Assembly (NCBI GenBank): GCA_963836205.1
Contig: CAWIIV010000011.1
Span: 96,001-160,000 of the forward strand
DNA: 64,000 bases
From: an uncultured Acidimicrobiia bacterium
GTDB lineage: Bacteria; Actinomycetota; Acidimicrobiia; Acidimicrobiales; AC-14
Direction of reading: 5' to 3'
Of this stretch, positions 39,438 to 50,140 are shown piece by piece; position 1 is the first letter of the stretch, and each line of letters begins with the position of its first letter. The notes below the pieces were generated by a model. It worked only from the letters and a program-made list of their open reading frames with translations. It made no database searches and was not told where the DNA came from. The position numbers and the translations under genes were made by a program.

Positions 39438-42150
39438 CGGGGCCCCGGCGCAGGTCGAGACGGTCACCATCACGGTCGACGGCACGTCGATCGAGGCCCG
39501 CAAGGGCGAGATGGTCATCGCCGCGGCCGAACGCGGTGGCGTCTACATCCCCCGGTTCTGCTGGCACCCCCGGCTGCGCCCGGTGGGGATGTGCCGCATG
39601 TGCCTGGTCGAGATCAAGGGCCCCCGTGGCTTCGCCCTGTCGCCCGCCTGTTACGTCCCGGTGGCCGACGGCCAGGAGGTCGTCACCGACTCGCCCAAGG
39701 TCAAGAAGGCCCAGGACGGCGTCCTCGAGTTCCTCCTGATCAACCACCCCCTCGACTGCCCGGTGTGCGACCGGGGCGGCGAGTGCCCCCTCCAGGACCA
39801 GACCTTCGCCTTCGGCCCGGGCGAGAGCCGGATGATCGAGGAGAAGCGGCACTGGGAGAAGCCGATCCCCATCAACCCCCTGGTGGCCCTCGACCGGGAG
39901 CGGTGCATCCAGTGCGCCCGCTGCACCCGCTTCGCCGACGAGGTGGCGGGCGACGCCGGCATCGACTTCGTGGGCCGGGCCGACACCACCGAGGTCAACA
40001 CCTTCCTCACCGAGCCGTTCCGGTCGAACTTCGCCGGCAACATCGTCCAGATCTGCCCGGTCGGCGCCCTCACCGCCGCCCCCTACCGCTTCAAGGCCCG
40101 CCCGTGGGACATCGAGGTGGTGGAGTCCACCTGCACCTTCTGCTCGGTGGGATGCCGGATCGCGGTGCAGTCGTCGCAGAACACCCTCACCCGCCACCTG
40201 GGCATCGACAGCGACCCGGTGAACCACGGATGGCTGTGCGACAAGGGCCGCTTCGGGTACGAGGCGATGGAGTCCGACGCCCGCCTGGCCAACCCCCTGG
40301 TGCGGGCCGCTGATGGCACCCTCACCGAGGCGTCGTGGACCCTGGCCCTCCAGGCCGCGGCCGACGGCCTGCGCAAGATCATCGACACGTCCGGCCCGGG
40401 GGCGGTGGCCGTGCTCGGCGGCGCCCGCCTGGCCAACGAGGACGCCTACGCCTGGGCTCGCCTGGCCAAGTCGGTCCTCGGCACCGACAACGTCGACTGC
40501 CAACTGGGCGACGGCCTGCCCGCGGAGGTGGTTCTGGGCCTGCCCCAGGCCACCATCGACGAGGCGTGCGCCGCCCCCGCCATCCTCCTCCTCGCCCCCG
40601 ACCTCAAGGAGGAGTTGCCCGTCCTCTACCTGCGCCTGCGGGAGGCGGTGGTCGACAGGGGCGTCCCCCTGGTGGAGCTGGTGCCGGCCGGCACCGGCCT
40701 CACCGGCCACGCCACCGTCAGCCTCAAGCACCGCCCGGGCGAGGTTGCGGCCGTGGCCCGGGCCCTGGCCGGCGCCATTGCCGGTGCCCGCGTCTCGTCC
40801 GAGGGGGCGGGGGGCGTGCCCGGGGCCGACATCGTGCGCGCCGCCGACGTCCTCAAGAAGGAGGGCGTGGTCGTCGTCCTCGGCCGGCCCTCGCTGGCCG
40901 AGCCGGCCTCGTCGACGGTCGACGCCGCCGGCGTGCTGGCCCAGTCTCTGCCCGGGGTGCGGTTCCTGCCCGTCCTGCGGCGGGCCAACGTGCGGGGCGC
41001 CCTCGACATGGGCCTTGCCCCGGGGGTGCTCCCGGGGCGGGTGTCGCTCGACGACGGTCGGGCGTGGTTCGCCGACGCCGGTGCGTGGGGATCGGTGCCG
41101 GCGGCCAAGGGCCTCGACGCCACCGCCATCCTCCAGGCCGCAGTCGACCACAACGTCCACGCCCTGATCCTCCTCGGGGCCGACCCCCTCTCCGACTTCC
41201 CCGACCGCGGCCTCGCCCGCCGGGCGCTCGACGCGGTCGCCTTCACGGTGGCGGTCGACATCTTCGCCAACCCGTCCGTCCGGGGCGCCGACGTGGTCCT
41301 GCCCGCGGCCGGCTTCGCCGAGCGCCCGGGCACCACCACCAACATCGAGGGACGGGTCACCCGGTTGGGCCAGAAGGTCACCGCCCCCGGCACGGCCCGG
41401 CCCGACTGGATCATCGCCGCCGAGCTCGCCCAGCGCCTCGGCTCCGACCTCGGCTTCGATTCCCTCGACTCGATCGCCATCGAGATCGAACGCCTCGCCT
41501 CGTCCCACGCCGGGCTCACCCCCGACATCCTCGCCGCGGCAACCAACCGCGACGGCCTCGTCGTCCCCCTCTCCCGGCCCCAGTCCCCGGTCGACCCCGA
41601 CCGGCCGGTGGAGGACGTGGAGGTGACCGCGGCCGAGGTCCAGGGCGAGACGCTCCTGCCCGAGCCGGAGCCCGACGCCGACGCCCCCCTCGATCCCCTC
41701 GCCGGCACCCGCTTCGACTCCGACGCCACCGCCACCCCCGCCGACGGGCGCCCCCTGCTCCTGCGCTTCGTGCCGGTGGCCGCCACCTCCCCGTCGCCGC
41801 CGGTCGACGCCTACTCGCTGCGCCTGGTCTCCGGGCGCAGCCTCTACGACGCCGGGGTGCTCGTGCAGCAGTCACCGGCCCTCGCCCCCCTCGTCCCGGG
41901 CGCCTCCCTGCGAGCCCACCCCCACGACCTGGGCCACCTGGGCGTCACCACCGGCGACCAGGTGCGGGTTACGTCGTCGCGGGGCTCCCTCACCCTGGGG
42001 GCGATCGCCGACTCGTCGGTGCTCCGAGGATCGGCCGTCCTCGCCTTCAACCAACCCGGCCCCGGCGCCGCCGACCTCATCGACGCCCGCCAGCCCGTCA
42101 CCGACGTCAGGGTCGAGACGGTCGCCCCCGGATCGGGCCACGTCGCGTGA
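39430..42150 (+). CDS. nuoG: NADH-quinone oxidoreductase subunit G (start 39418 or 39430)
   Basis: CRMCLVE, HPLDCPVCDRGGEC, CIQCARC, CTFCSVGC (N7 cluster), molybdopterin-oxidoreductase-like C-terminus. Confidence 0.95.
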   Translation: MADGAPAQVETVTITVDGTSIEARKGEMVIAAAERGGVYIPRFCWHPRLRPVGMCRMCLVEIKGPRGFALSPACYVPVADGQEVVTDSPKVKKAQDGVLEFLLINHPLDCPVCDRGGECPLQDQTFAFGPGESRMIEEKRHWEKPIPINPLVALDRERCIQCARCTRFADEVAGDAGIDFVGRADTTEVNTFLTEPFRSNFAGNIVQICPVGALTAAPYRFKARPWDIEVVESTCTFCSVGCRIAVQSSQNTLTRHLGIDSDPVNHGWLCDKGRFGYEAMESDARLANPLVRAADGTLTEASWTLALQAAADGLRKIIDTSGPGAVAVLGGARLANEDAYAWARLAKSVLGTDNVDCQLGDGLPAEVVLGLPQATIDEACAAPAILLLAPDLKEELPVLYLRLREAVVDRGVPLVELVPAGTGLTGHATVSLKHRPGEVAAVARALAGAIAGARVSSEGAGGVPGADIVRAADVLKKEGVVVVLGRPSLAEPASSTVDAAGVLAQSLPGVRFLPVLRRANVRGALDMGLAPGVLPGRVSLDDGRAWFADAGAWGSVPAAKGLDATAILQAAVDHNVHALILLGADPLSDFPDRGLARRALDAVAFTVAVDIFANPSVRGADVVLPAAGFAERPGTTTNIEGRVTRLGQKVTAPGTARPDWIIAAELAQRLGSDLGFDSLDSIAIEIERLASSHAGLTPDILAAATNRDGLVVPLSRPQSPVDPDRPVEDVEVTAAEVQGETLLPEPEPDADAPLDPLAGTRFDSDATATPADGRPLLLRFVPVAATSPSPPVDAYSLRLVSGRSLYDAGVLVQQSPALAPLVPGASLRAHPHDLGHLGVTTGDQVRVTSSRGSLTLGAIADSSVLRGSAVLAFNQPGPGAADLIDARQPVTDVRVETVAPGSGHVA

Positions 42151-42210
42151 GGAAGCCACGTCGCGTGAGGAAGCCACATCGCGTGAGGAAGCCACATCGC
42201 GTGAGGAAGC
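42137..42210 (+). repeat. 18-bp tandem repeat x4 containing the nuoG stop codon
   Basis: gccac(g/a)tcgcgtgaggaa. Confidence 0.93.
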
Positions 42211-42214
42211 TGTA

Positions 42215-43411
42215 GTGGGCGACCCGCTGTTCGCCGACGGGATCGACCTCGCCGTCGTCCTGATCGTCCTGCTCAAGGTCATCGTCGTCTTCGTGTTCCT
42301 GCTCGTCGCGGTGATGCTCATGGTGTGGTTCGAGCGCAAGGTCATCTCCGACATGCAGAACCGCATCGGCCCCAACCGGGCCGGGCCGTGGGGCATCCTC
42401 CAGACGCTGGCCGACGGCACCAAGCTCTTCTTCAAGGAGGACCTGCTCCCGGAGCTGGCCGACCGGCGGGTGTTCCGGCTCGCCCCCTACCTGTCGATCC
42501 TGCCCGCCTTCTCCTCCTTCGCCATCGTTCCCATCGGGGGGACGATCTCCATCGCCGGCCACGAGACCTTCCTCCAGCTGGCCGACCCGCCCATCGGCGT
42601 GCTGTTCCTGCTGGCCATGTCGTCGATCGCGGTCTACGGGGTGATGCTGGCGGGCTGGTCGTCGGGCTCCAAGTACCCGCTGCTCGGCTCGGTGCGGGCG
42701 TCGGCCCAGATGGTGTCCTACGAGGCGGCGATGGCCCTGGCCGTGGCCGCGGCGGTGCTCTCTGCAGGCTCGCTCTCCACCCACGACATCGTCGCCGCCC
42801 AGGACAGCTTCTTCCGCTGGAACATCTTCTCCCTCGGTGTGGTGCCCTTCGTGGTCTTCCTCATCGCCGCCACCGCCGAGGCCAACCGGCCGCCGTTCGA
42901 CCTGGTGGAGGCCGAGCAGGAGCTGGTGGGGGGCTTCCACACCGAGTATTCCTCGATCCGCTTCGCCCTCTTCTTCCTGGCCGAGTTCATGAACACGGTC
43001 ACCATCTCGGCCATGGTGGTCACCCTCTTCCTGGGCGGCCCCAACGGCCCCGCCATCGACTTCCTGCCCTCGCTGTGGCCGATCGTGTGGTTCTTCCTCA
43101 AGCTGGTCGTCTTCCTCTTCATCTACGTGTGGCTGCGGGCCACCCTGCCCCGGTTCCGCTACGACCAGCTCATGGACCTGGGCTGGAAGAAGCTCATCCC
43201 GGCCTCGCTGTTCTGGCTGCTGCTGGTGGCCGCCCTCCGCATCGGGCGCCTCGAGGGCTGGAACCTGGGCTTCGTCCTCGGCGGCGGGGTGGCGGTGGGC
43301 GCCCTCGGCTGGTGGGCGCTGAGCGCGGCCCTGACCCTGGGCCAGATGGACGACGCCGACCTGTCCCCCGCCACATTGGATGAAGGGTCCCTCGAGGAGG
43401 TGACCCGGTAG
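42215..43411 (+). CDS. nuoH: NADH-quinone oxidoreductase subunit H
   Basis: [44 protein letters not shown]. Confidence 0.96.
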   Translation: MGDPLFADGIDLAVVLIVLLKVIVVFVFLLVAVMLMVWFERKVISDMQNRIGPNRAGPWGILQTLADGTKLFFKEDLLPELADRRVFRLAPYLSILPAFSSFAIVPIGGTISIAGHETFLQLADPPIGVLFLLAMSSIAVYGVMLAGWSSGSKYPLLGSVRASAQMVSYEAAMALAVAAAVLSAGSLSTHDIVAAQDSFFRWNIFSLGVVPFVVFLIAATAEANRPPFDLVEAEQELVGGFHTEYSSIRFALFFLAEFMNTVTISAMVVTLFLGGPNGPAIDFLPSLWPIVWFFLKLVVFLFIYVWLRATLPRFRYDQLMDLGWKKLIPASLFWLLLVAALRIGRLEGWNLGFVLGGGVAVGALGWWALSAALTLGQMDDADLSPATLDEGSLEEVTR

Positions 43412-44056
43412 ATGGGCTACCTCGACGGGTTCAAGGTCACGTTCAAGCAGATCTTCGAGCCCCGGGTCACCGGCGAGTACCCGGACGAGAAGCGGGTCAA
43501 GCCGGCTCGCTTCCACGGCCGCCACGTCCTCAACCGCTACGAGGACGGGATGGAGAAGTGCATCGGCTGCGAGCTGTGCGCCGGCGTGTGCCCGGCCCGC
43601 TGCATCTACGTCCGGGGGGCCGACAACCCCCCCGACGCCCCCGTCTCGCCCGGTGAGCGCTTCGGGTTCGTGTACGAGATCAACTACCTGCGGTGCATCC
43701 ACTGCGACCTGTGCGTGGAGGCCTGCCCCACCGAGGCCATCACCGAGTCGAAGCTGTTCGAGTTCTCCTTCACCAACCGCCAGGACGCCATCTACACCCG
43801 CGACGAGCTCCTGGTCGACGACGACGGCATGCCCCAGAAGCTGCCGTGGGAGGACTGGCGCGACGGCGACGAGGTCAACACGTCGGCCTGGGTCCGGGCC
43901 ACCGCCCCCTCGGGCGACGCCGGCTTCGAGGGCAAGGTCGCCTGGTCGGGCGAGCTCGGCCGAGGCGTCCGTCCCCCCGAGGCAGGCCAGACGGCCGACG
44001 TCTCGCCCGACCGTCCGTCGAAGAAGGTCGTCCGCAAGAAGCGCGGGCACGGATGA
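43412..44056 (+). CDS. nuoI: NADH-quinone oxidoreductase subunit I
   Basis: [24 protein letters not shown]. Confidence 0.96.
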   Translation: MGYLDGFKVTFKQIFEPRVTGEYPDEKRVKPARFHGRHVLNRYEDGMEKCIGCELCAGVCPARCIYVRGADNPPDAPVSPGERFGFVYEINYLRCIHCDLCVEACPTEAITESKLFEFSFTNRQDAIYTRDELLVDDDGMPQKLPWEDWRDGDEVNTSAWVRATAPSGDAGFEGKVAWSGELGRGVRPPEAGQTADVSPDRPSKKVVRKKRGHG

Positions 44057-44598
44057 TCGACTGGTTCGTCTTCGGCGTGGCCGCCATCGCCACGCTCTCG
44101 GGGGCGTTGGGCGTGGTGTTGTCGACCAACCCCGTCCACGCCGCCCTCATGCTGGTGATGACCCTGTTCAGCGTGGCCGTGCTGTTCGTGGCCCAGAACG
44201 CCCACTTCCTGGCCGCGGTGCAGGTGATCGTCTACGCGGGGGCCATCGTGGTCCTGTTCCTGTTCGTGATCATGCTCCTCGGCGTCGACAAGTCGGAGGA
44301 CGTCGGCTCCGAGCGGCTCAAGGGCCAGCGCCCGGTGGCCATCGTGGCCGGGCTCTGCGTCCTCTCCGCCGTCCTCCTCCTGGCCCGCTCCGACTGGGTG
44401 TCGGGCGCCCGCAGCACGGCCGGCACTCTGGGCGACGGCTCGGAGAACGTCCCCCTGCTGGCCCGGTCGCTGTTCACCCGCTACCTCCTCGCCTTCGAGA
44501 TCACGTCCGTCCTCCTCGTGATCGCGGTGGTGGGCGCCGTCGTCCTCGTGCGGCGGTCGGGCCCTATGCCCGATTCCCTTGGGGAGATGGAGCCGTGA
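44053..44598 (+). CDS. nuoJ: NADH-quinone oxidoreductase subunit J
   Basis: [31 protein letters not shown]. Confidence 0.95.
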   Translation: MIDWFVFGVAAIATLSGALGVVLSTNPVHAALMLVMTLFSVAVLFVAQNAHFLAAVQVIVYAGAIVVLFLFVIMLLGVDKSEDVGSERLKGQRPVAIVAGLCVLSAVLLLARSDWVSGARSTAGTLGDGSENVPLLARSLFTRYLLAFEITSVLLVIAVVGAVVLVRRSGPMPDSLGEMEP

Positions 44599-44900
44599 AG
44601 GTCCCCGGCGCCTGGTACCTGGCGTTGTCGGCGGCCCTCTTTTGCATCGGCGCGGTCGGACTGCTCGTGCGGCGCAACGTCCTGGTGATGTTCATGTGCG
44701 TCGAGCTGATGCTCAACGCGGTCAACCTCACGTTCGTCACCTTCGCCCGCATGCTCGATGACATCGGCGGCCAGACCGCGGTCTTCTTCGTGCTGGTGGT
44801 GGCCGCGGCCGAGGTGGTCGTCGGCCTGGGCATCATCGTCTCCATCTTCCGGCGGCGGGCCGGGGCCACGGCCGACGACATCTCGTTCCTCAAGGGATAG
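44595..44900 (+). CDS. nuoK: NADH-quinone oxidoreductase subunit K
   Basis: [27 protein letters not shown]. Confidence 0.95.
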   Translation: MKVPGAWYLALSAALFCIGAVGLLVRRNVLVMFMCVELMLNAVNLTFVTFARMLDDIGGQTAVFFVLVVAAAEVVVGLGIIVSIFRRRAGATADDISFLKG

Positions 44901-44911
44901 GGGCGCCGCCC

Positions 44912-46828
44912 GTGCTCGAAGCGGTCTGGCTGATCCCCGCCCTCCCCCTGACCGGGTTCCTGGTCCTGCTGGTGGCGGGCAGGCGCCTGGGCGATCCCCG
45001 CGCCGGATGGCTGGCCACGGCCATGATGGGCGCCGCCTTCCTCACCGCGGTGGTCGTGTTCCTCGGCCTGGTGGGGGAGGAGGGCGAGGAGCGGGTCTTC
45101 ACCCAGACCCTGTTCCCATGGATCCACTCCGGGTCGCTCCGGATCGACGTCGGGTTCCTGGTCGACCCCCTGTCGATCACCATGGCCCTGTTCGTCACCG
45201 GCGTGGGCACCCTGATCCACCTCTACGCCGTCGGCTACATGCACGGCGACGAGAAGTTCCCGAAGTTCTTCCTCTACCTGAACCTGTTCGCCTTCTCCAT
45301 GCTGATGCTGGTCCTCTCCGAGAACTTCCTGCTCACTTTTTTGGGCTGGGAGGGCGTGGGCGCCTGCTCCTACTTCCTCATCTCCTTCTGGTTCGACCGG
45401 CCCACGGCCGCCTCCGCGGGCAAGAAAGCGTTCATCACCAACCGCATCGGCGACTTCGGGTTCATGGTGGCCATGTTCCTGATCTTCGCCACCGTCGGCA
45501 CCCTCGACTACGTGCCCGCCCTGGCCGCCCTGGAGAACGTCCCCGAGTACACCGCCTCCGCCATCGGGCTCCTCCTCTTCCTGGGGGCGGCGGGCAAGTC
45601 CGCCCAGCTCCCGCTCTACGTGTGGCTGCCCGACGCCATGGAGGGCCCCACGCCCGTTTCCGCCCTCATCCACGCCGCCACCATGGTCACCGCGGGCGTG
45701 TTCCTCATGGTGCGGGTCAACCCGGTGCTGGGCGCCGCCCCCGACGTGGCCACGTTCATCGCCTGGGTCGGCGTGCTCACCGCCCTGTTCGCGGCCACCA
45801 TCGCCTGCGCCCAGAACGACATCAAGAAGGTCCTCGCCTACTCCACCATCTCCCAGCTCGGCTACATGTTCCTGGCGGTCGGATCGGGGGCCTACGCGGC
45901 CGCCATCTTCCACATGGTCACCCACGCCTTCTTCAAGGCCCTCCTCTTCCTGGGGGCCGGATCGGTGATCCACGGGATGCACGACGAGCAGGACATGAAA
46001 CGCATGGGCGGCCTGCAGAAGTGGATGCCGGTCACCGGCGCCACCTTCATCGTGGGCTGGTTGGCCATCGCCGGCGTGCCCCCGTTCTCCGGCTTCTGGT
46101 CGAAGGACGACATCCTCCTCAACGCCTACGAGAAGAGCCCCCTCCTGTGGCTCCTAGGCCTGGTCACCGCCCTGCTCACCGCGTATTACATGAGCCGGCA
46201 GGTCTTCCTGGTCTTCAAGGGCGAGGAGCGGTGGAAGAATGCGGCCCCGCCGGAGACGCCCGCCGCGGCCCACGGCGCCCACGGCGACTTCAAGCCCCAC
46301 GAGTCACCCCGGATCATGACCATCCCCCTCATCGTGCTGGCCGTGCTCGCCGGCCTGGGCGGCCTGCTCAACCTGCCCTTCACCGGCTGGCCCGTCCTCG
46401 AGCACTGGCTGGAGCCGGTGTTCGGCCACAACCTGCGCCACGTCACCGCCGGAGGCGGCACCAAGGTGATGCTGGCCCTCACCGCAGTGGTGGCGGCCGG
46501 CGTGGGCGTGCTGATCGCGGCCGCCATCTACCGCCGCCACCGCGTCGCCGAATCCAAGGTCGAGCCCCGGATCCTCCAGCGGGCGTGGTTCGTCGACGAG
46601 CTCTACCAGAAGACCATCGCCCACCCGGGACGGGCGCTGTCCCAGTGGCTGGCCTCGGTTTTCGACGCCAAGGTCATCGACGGTGCCGTCAACGGGGTGG
46701 CCGCCCTGGTCCGGGCCGGCGGCACCCGGCTGCGGGTGGTCCAGTCCGGCTTCGTCCGCAGCTACGCCCTGGCCGTCGCCCTGGGCGCCGTCGGCATCCT
46801 CGCCTTCGCCCTGCTGCGGTCGCTCTGA
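44912..46828 (+). CDS. nuoL: NADH-quinone oxidoreductase subunit L
   Basis: GWEGVG, GKSAQLPL, WLPDAMEGPTPVSALIHAATMV, HAFFKALLF. Confidence 0.96.
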   Translation: MLEAVWLIPALPLTGFLVLLVAGRRLGDPRAGWLATAMMGAAFLTAVVVFLGLVGEEGEERVFTQTLFPWIHSGSLRIDVGFLVDPLSITMALFVTGVGTLIHLYAVGYMHGDEKFPKFFLYLNLFAFSMLMLVLSENFLLTFLGWEGVGACSYFLISFWFDRPTAASAGKKAFITNRIGDFGFMVAMFLIFATVGTLDYVPALAALENVPEYTASAIGLLLFLGAAGKSAQLPLYVWLPDAMEGPTPVSALIHAATMVTAGVFLMVRVNPVLGAAPDVATFIAWVGVLTALFAATIACAQNDIKKVLAYSTISQLGYMFLAVGSGAYAAAIFHMVTHAFFKALLFLGAGSVIHGMHDEQDMKRMGGLQKWMPVTGATFIVGWLAIAGVPPFSGFWSKDDILLNAYEKSPLLWLLGLVTALLTAYYMSRQVFLVFKGEERWKNAAPPETPAAAHGAHGDFKPHESPRIMTIPLIVLAVLAGLGGLLNLPFTGWPVLEHWLEPVFGHNLRHVTAGGGTKVMLALTAVVAAGVGVLIAAAIYRRHRVAESKVEPRILQRAWFVDELYQKTIAHPGRALSQWLASVFDAKVIDGAVNGVAALVRAGGTRLRVVQSGFVRSYALAVALGAVGILAFALLRSL

Positions 46829-46842
46829 TGGGGAGTCTCTGA

Positions 46843-48387
46843 GTGGCTGGCGACATCCCCATCCTCACCCTGCTGGTCCTGATCCCGGCCCTGGGCGCGG
46901 GCCTGGTGGCCCTCCTGCCCAACGGCCGCGACGACGTGGTGGCCCGGGTCGGCCTCGGCATCGCCCTGCTGGTGGGCCTGCTCAGCCTGATCCTGCTCCT
47001 CGGCTTCGACAGCGGGGAGGCCGGCTTCCAGTTCGTCTCCGCCCACCCGTGGATCGAGTCGTTCGGGATCTCGTGGAAGCTGGGCGTCGACGGGATCTCG
47101 CTCTTCCTGGTCGTGCTCAGCGGCATCCTCTTCCCCCTGGCCATCGCCGGGCCCCACGTCCACCACGACCTCAAGGGCTACGTGGCCTGGATGCTCCTGC
47201 TGGAGGCGGGCTGCATCGGCGTGTTCCTCTCCCTCGACCTGTTCCTGTTCTTCCTGTTCTGGGAGATCGTGCTCGTCCCGATGTACTTCCTGATCGGCGG
47301 GTGGGGCTACGAGCGGCGGGTGTACGCCACCCTCAAGTTCTTCATTTATACGATGCTCGGCTCGGCCCTGATGCTGGTCGGCATCCTGGCCCTGGTGTTC
47401 CTCAGCCAGGCCGCCACCGGCACCCTCACCTTCGACCTGGAGAGCCTGGCGGAGGGCCAGTCGGTGGCGGAGAACACGGCCCGCTGGCTGTTCCTGGCCT
47501 TCGCCGCGTCCTTCGCCATCAAGTGCCCCATCTTCCCGGTCCACACGTGGCTGCCCGACGCCCATACCGAGGCCCCCACCGGCGGGTCGGTCATCCTGGC
47601 CGGCGTCCTCCTGAAGCTGGGCACCTACGGTTTCGTGCGCTTCGGGCTCTACCTGTTCCCCGACGCCGCGGTCGACCTGGCCCCGGTGTTCCTCACCCTC
47701 GGGGTGATAGGGATCGTCTACGGGGCCCTGGTGGCCACCATGCAGAAGGACCTCAAGCGGCTGGTGGCCTACTCGTCGGTGGCCCACCTGGGCTTCATCG
47801 TGGTCGGCATCTTCGGCTTGTCCAAGCAGGGACTGCAGGGTGGCGTGCTGCAGATGATCAACCACGGCATCTCCACCGGCGCCCTGTTCCTCCTGGTGGG
47901 GATGATCTACGAGCGCCGCCACACCCGCCTCATCGCCGACATGGGCGGCATCCAGAAGGTGGCCCCCTACTTCGCCGCCGTCTTCACCGTGGTCATGCTC
48001 TCGTCCATCGGCCTGCCCGGGCTGAACGGGTTCGTGGGCGAGTTCATGGTCCTCATCGGCACGTTCGTCACCCACCGCTGGTGGGCGGTGGTGGGCACCG
48101 TCGGGGTGATCCTGGCCGCCATCTACCTCCTGTGGGCCTACCAGCGGGTCTTCCACGGCCGGCCGGAGGGGGCCAACGCCGACTTCCAGGAGATGACCAT
48201 GCGGGAACGGGCGATCATGGCCCCCCTGGTCGTGCTGATCGTGGGCCTCGGCGTCTACCCCCAGCCCATGCTCGACCGGATCGCCCCCGCGGTCGACAAG
48301 CTGGTCAGCCACGTCGAGTCCCATTCCGACTTCCGGGGGCCGACCGTACCCTCGGTCGATCTCGCCGCCGCCGAGGAGGGCCACTAG
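46843..48387 (+). CDS. nuoM: NADH-quinone oxidoreductase subunit M
   Basis: GVDGIS, FWE, HTWLPDAHTEAPT, LKLGTYG, AYSSVAH. Confidence 0.96.
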   Translation: MAGDIPILTLLVLIPALGAGLVALLPNGRDDVVARVGLGIALLVGLLSLILLLGFDSGEAGFQFVSAHPWIESFGISWKLGVDGISLFLVVLSGILFPLAIAGPHVHHDLKGYVAWMLLLEAGCIGVFLSLDLFLFFLFWEIVLVPMYFLIGGWGYERRVYATLKFFIYTMLGSALMLVGILALVFLSQAATGTLTFDLESLAEGQSVAENTARWLFLAFAASFAIKCPIFPVHTWLPDAHTEAPTGGSVILAGVLLKLGTYGFVRFGLYLFPDAAVDLAPVFLTLGVIGIVYGALVATMQKDLKRLVAYSSVAHLGFIVVGIFGLSKQGLQGGVLQMINHGISTGALFLLVGMIYERRHTRLIADMGGIQKVAPYFAAVFTVVMLSSIGLPGLNGFVGEFMVLIGTFVTHRWWAVVGTVGVILAAIYLLWAYQRVFHGRPEGANADFQEMTMRERAIMAPLVVLIVGLGVYPQPMLDRIAPAVDKLVSHVESHSDFRGPTVPSVDLAAAEEGH

Positions 48388-48390
48388 CCC

Positions 48391-49965
48391 ATGCCGCCGC
48401 TCCTCACCCCCGACGTCGAGTGGGGCCTGCTGGCGCCGGAGCTGATCCTCATCGCCGGCGCCCTGATCCTGCTGGTGGTGGGCACCTTCGCCCGCCGCCA
48501 CGACGTGGGCAGCATCTACGCGGTCGTCACCATGCTGGTGGCGGGGGCGTCGCTGGCCAGCACCGCCGTCCTGTGGCAGGACGTCACCGGCATCGGGGCC
48601 AACCCCAGGTTGGCGGTGGCGGGAGCGGTGACGATCGACGGGTTCAGCGTCTTCTGCACCGTCGTCATCCTGGCCGCGGTGGTCGTCGGCGCGTTGCTGG
48701 CCGACGACTACCTCCGCCGGGAGCGCCTGACGGGGGTGGCGTACTACGTGCTGATGATGCTGTCGGCCTCGGGCGGGATCTTCATGGCCAAGGCCAACGA
48801 CCTCATCGTGGTCTTCCTCGGGCTCGAGATCCTCTCGATCGCCCTCTACGTGCTGGCCGGCTACCACCGCCGCCGGTCGCAGTCGCAGGAAGCGGCCATC
48901 AAGTACTTCGTTCTGGGTTCGTTCTCGTCCGCCTTCTTCCTGTACGGGATCGCGTTGACCTACGGGGCGACCGGATCGACCAACATCACCGAGATCGGGC
49001 GCTTCCTCCAGGGGACGACGCTGACGACGGGCGTCCTGCTGGGCGGGGTGGCCCTGCTCCTGGTCGGGCTCGGGTTCAAGGTGGCGGCCGTGCCGTTCCA
49101 CATGTGGACGCCCGACGTCTACCAGGGGTCGCCCACGCCGGTGGCCGGGTTCATGGCCGCCGCGGCCAAGACCGCCGGTTTCGCCGCCCTGCTGCGGATC
49201 TTCCTCGCCGGCTTCGGCACCCTCCGACTCGACTGGCAGCCAATGGTGTGGGCCCTGGCCGTGCTCAGCCTGGTGGTGGGATCGGTGCTGGCGGTGGTGC
49301 AGACCGACGTCAAGCGCATGCTGGCCTACTCGTCGATCAGCCACGCCGGCTACGTGCTCATCGGCCTCCAGGCAGCCACCGACAAGGGGATCGCGGGCTC
49401 GCTCTTCTACCTGATGGCGTACACGTTCATGATCCTCGGCAGCTTCGCCATCGTCACCATGGTGGGACGGGAGGGCGACGGCCGCCACGCCCTCGACGAC
49501 TACAAGGGCCTGGCCCGCAGCCGGCCGGGACTGGCCCTCGCGTTCACCGTGTTCCTCCTGGCCCAGGCCGGTGTGCCGTTCACGTCCGGCTTCCTGGCCA
49601 AGTTCGGGGTGATCGCGGCGGCGGTGGAGGCCCGGTCCTACGCCATCGCCGTCATCGCCATGGTGGCCGCAGTCATCGCCGCCTTCTTCTACCTGCGGTT
49701 AATCGTGGTCATGTACATGTCCGGCGATGCCGAACCCGAGCCCGACACCGACGCGGTCAACGCCGACGACGCCGTGCCCGCCGACGGTTCCGCCGGAGGT
49801 GTCGCCACCGCCACCACCACCGACGTCTCCACCCGCAACCAGGTGGCGATCCCGGTGGGTGCCGGCGTGGCCCTCGCCCTCTGCCTAGCCTTCACCATCG
49901 GCGCCGGCCTCCTCCCCGAACCCCTCCTCGACTTCGCCCGCCACGCCACCCTCCTGAAGCCCTAG
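48391..49965 (+). CDS. nuoN: NADH-quinone oxidoreductase subunit N
   Basis: EAAIKYF, FKVAAVPFHMWTPDVYQG, KRMLAYSSISH. Confidence 0.96.
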   Translation: MPPLLTPDVEWGLLAPELILIAGALILLVVGTFARRHDVGSIYAVVTMLVAGASLASTAVLWQDVTGIGANPRLAVAGAVTIDGFSVFCTVVILAAVVVGALLADDYLRRERLTGVAYYVLMMLSASGGIFMAKANDLIVVFLGLEILSIALYVLAGYHRRRSQSQEAAIKYFVLGSFSSAFFLYGIALTYGATGSTNITEIGRFLQGTTLTTGVLLGGVALLLVGLGFKVAAVPFHMWTPDVYQGSPTPVAGFMAAAAKTAGFAALLRIFLAGFGTLRLDWQPMVWALAVLSLVVGSVLAVVQTDVKRMLAYSSISHAGYVLIGLQAATDKGIAGSLFYLMAYTFMILGSFAIVTMVGREGDGRHALDDYKGLARSRPGLALAFTVFLLAQAGVPFTSGFLAKFGVIAAAVEARSYAIAVIAMVAAVIAAFFYLRLIVVMYMSGDAEPEPDTDAVNADDAVPADGSAGGVATATTTDVSTRNQVAIPVGAGVALALCLAFTIGAGLLPEPLLDFARHATLLKP

Positions 49966-49979
49966 CCCCCGCCGCCCGC

Positions 49980-50099
49980 CGCCCCCTTGACGCAGTGGGC
50001 GACCCGCCGGAGGTTCGCAGCAAGGTGTGCCTGCGGTCCTGGGCGCCGACGAGCGCCCCTTACCCGATGGGTGACCCGCCGGGTTTCGCAGCAACCGTG
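49980..50099. repeat. Two degenerate ~47-bp direct repeats after nuoN
   Basis: cgcccc(c)tt...tgggYgacccgccgg...ttcgcagcaa at 49980 and 50054. Confidence 0.7.
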
Positions 50100-50140
50100 C
50101 CCGCCGGCCCGGTTGCCGACCGACCGTGACGAGCTCCGCA

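Noticed and set aside
46683-50129. Long Arg/Pro/Gly-rich ORFs (1148 aa here and many similar on both strands)
   Set aside because: Shadow frames of real genes in high-GC DNA; no motifs
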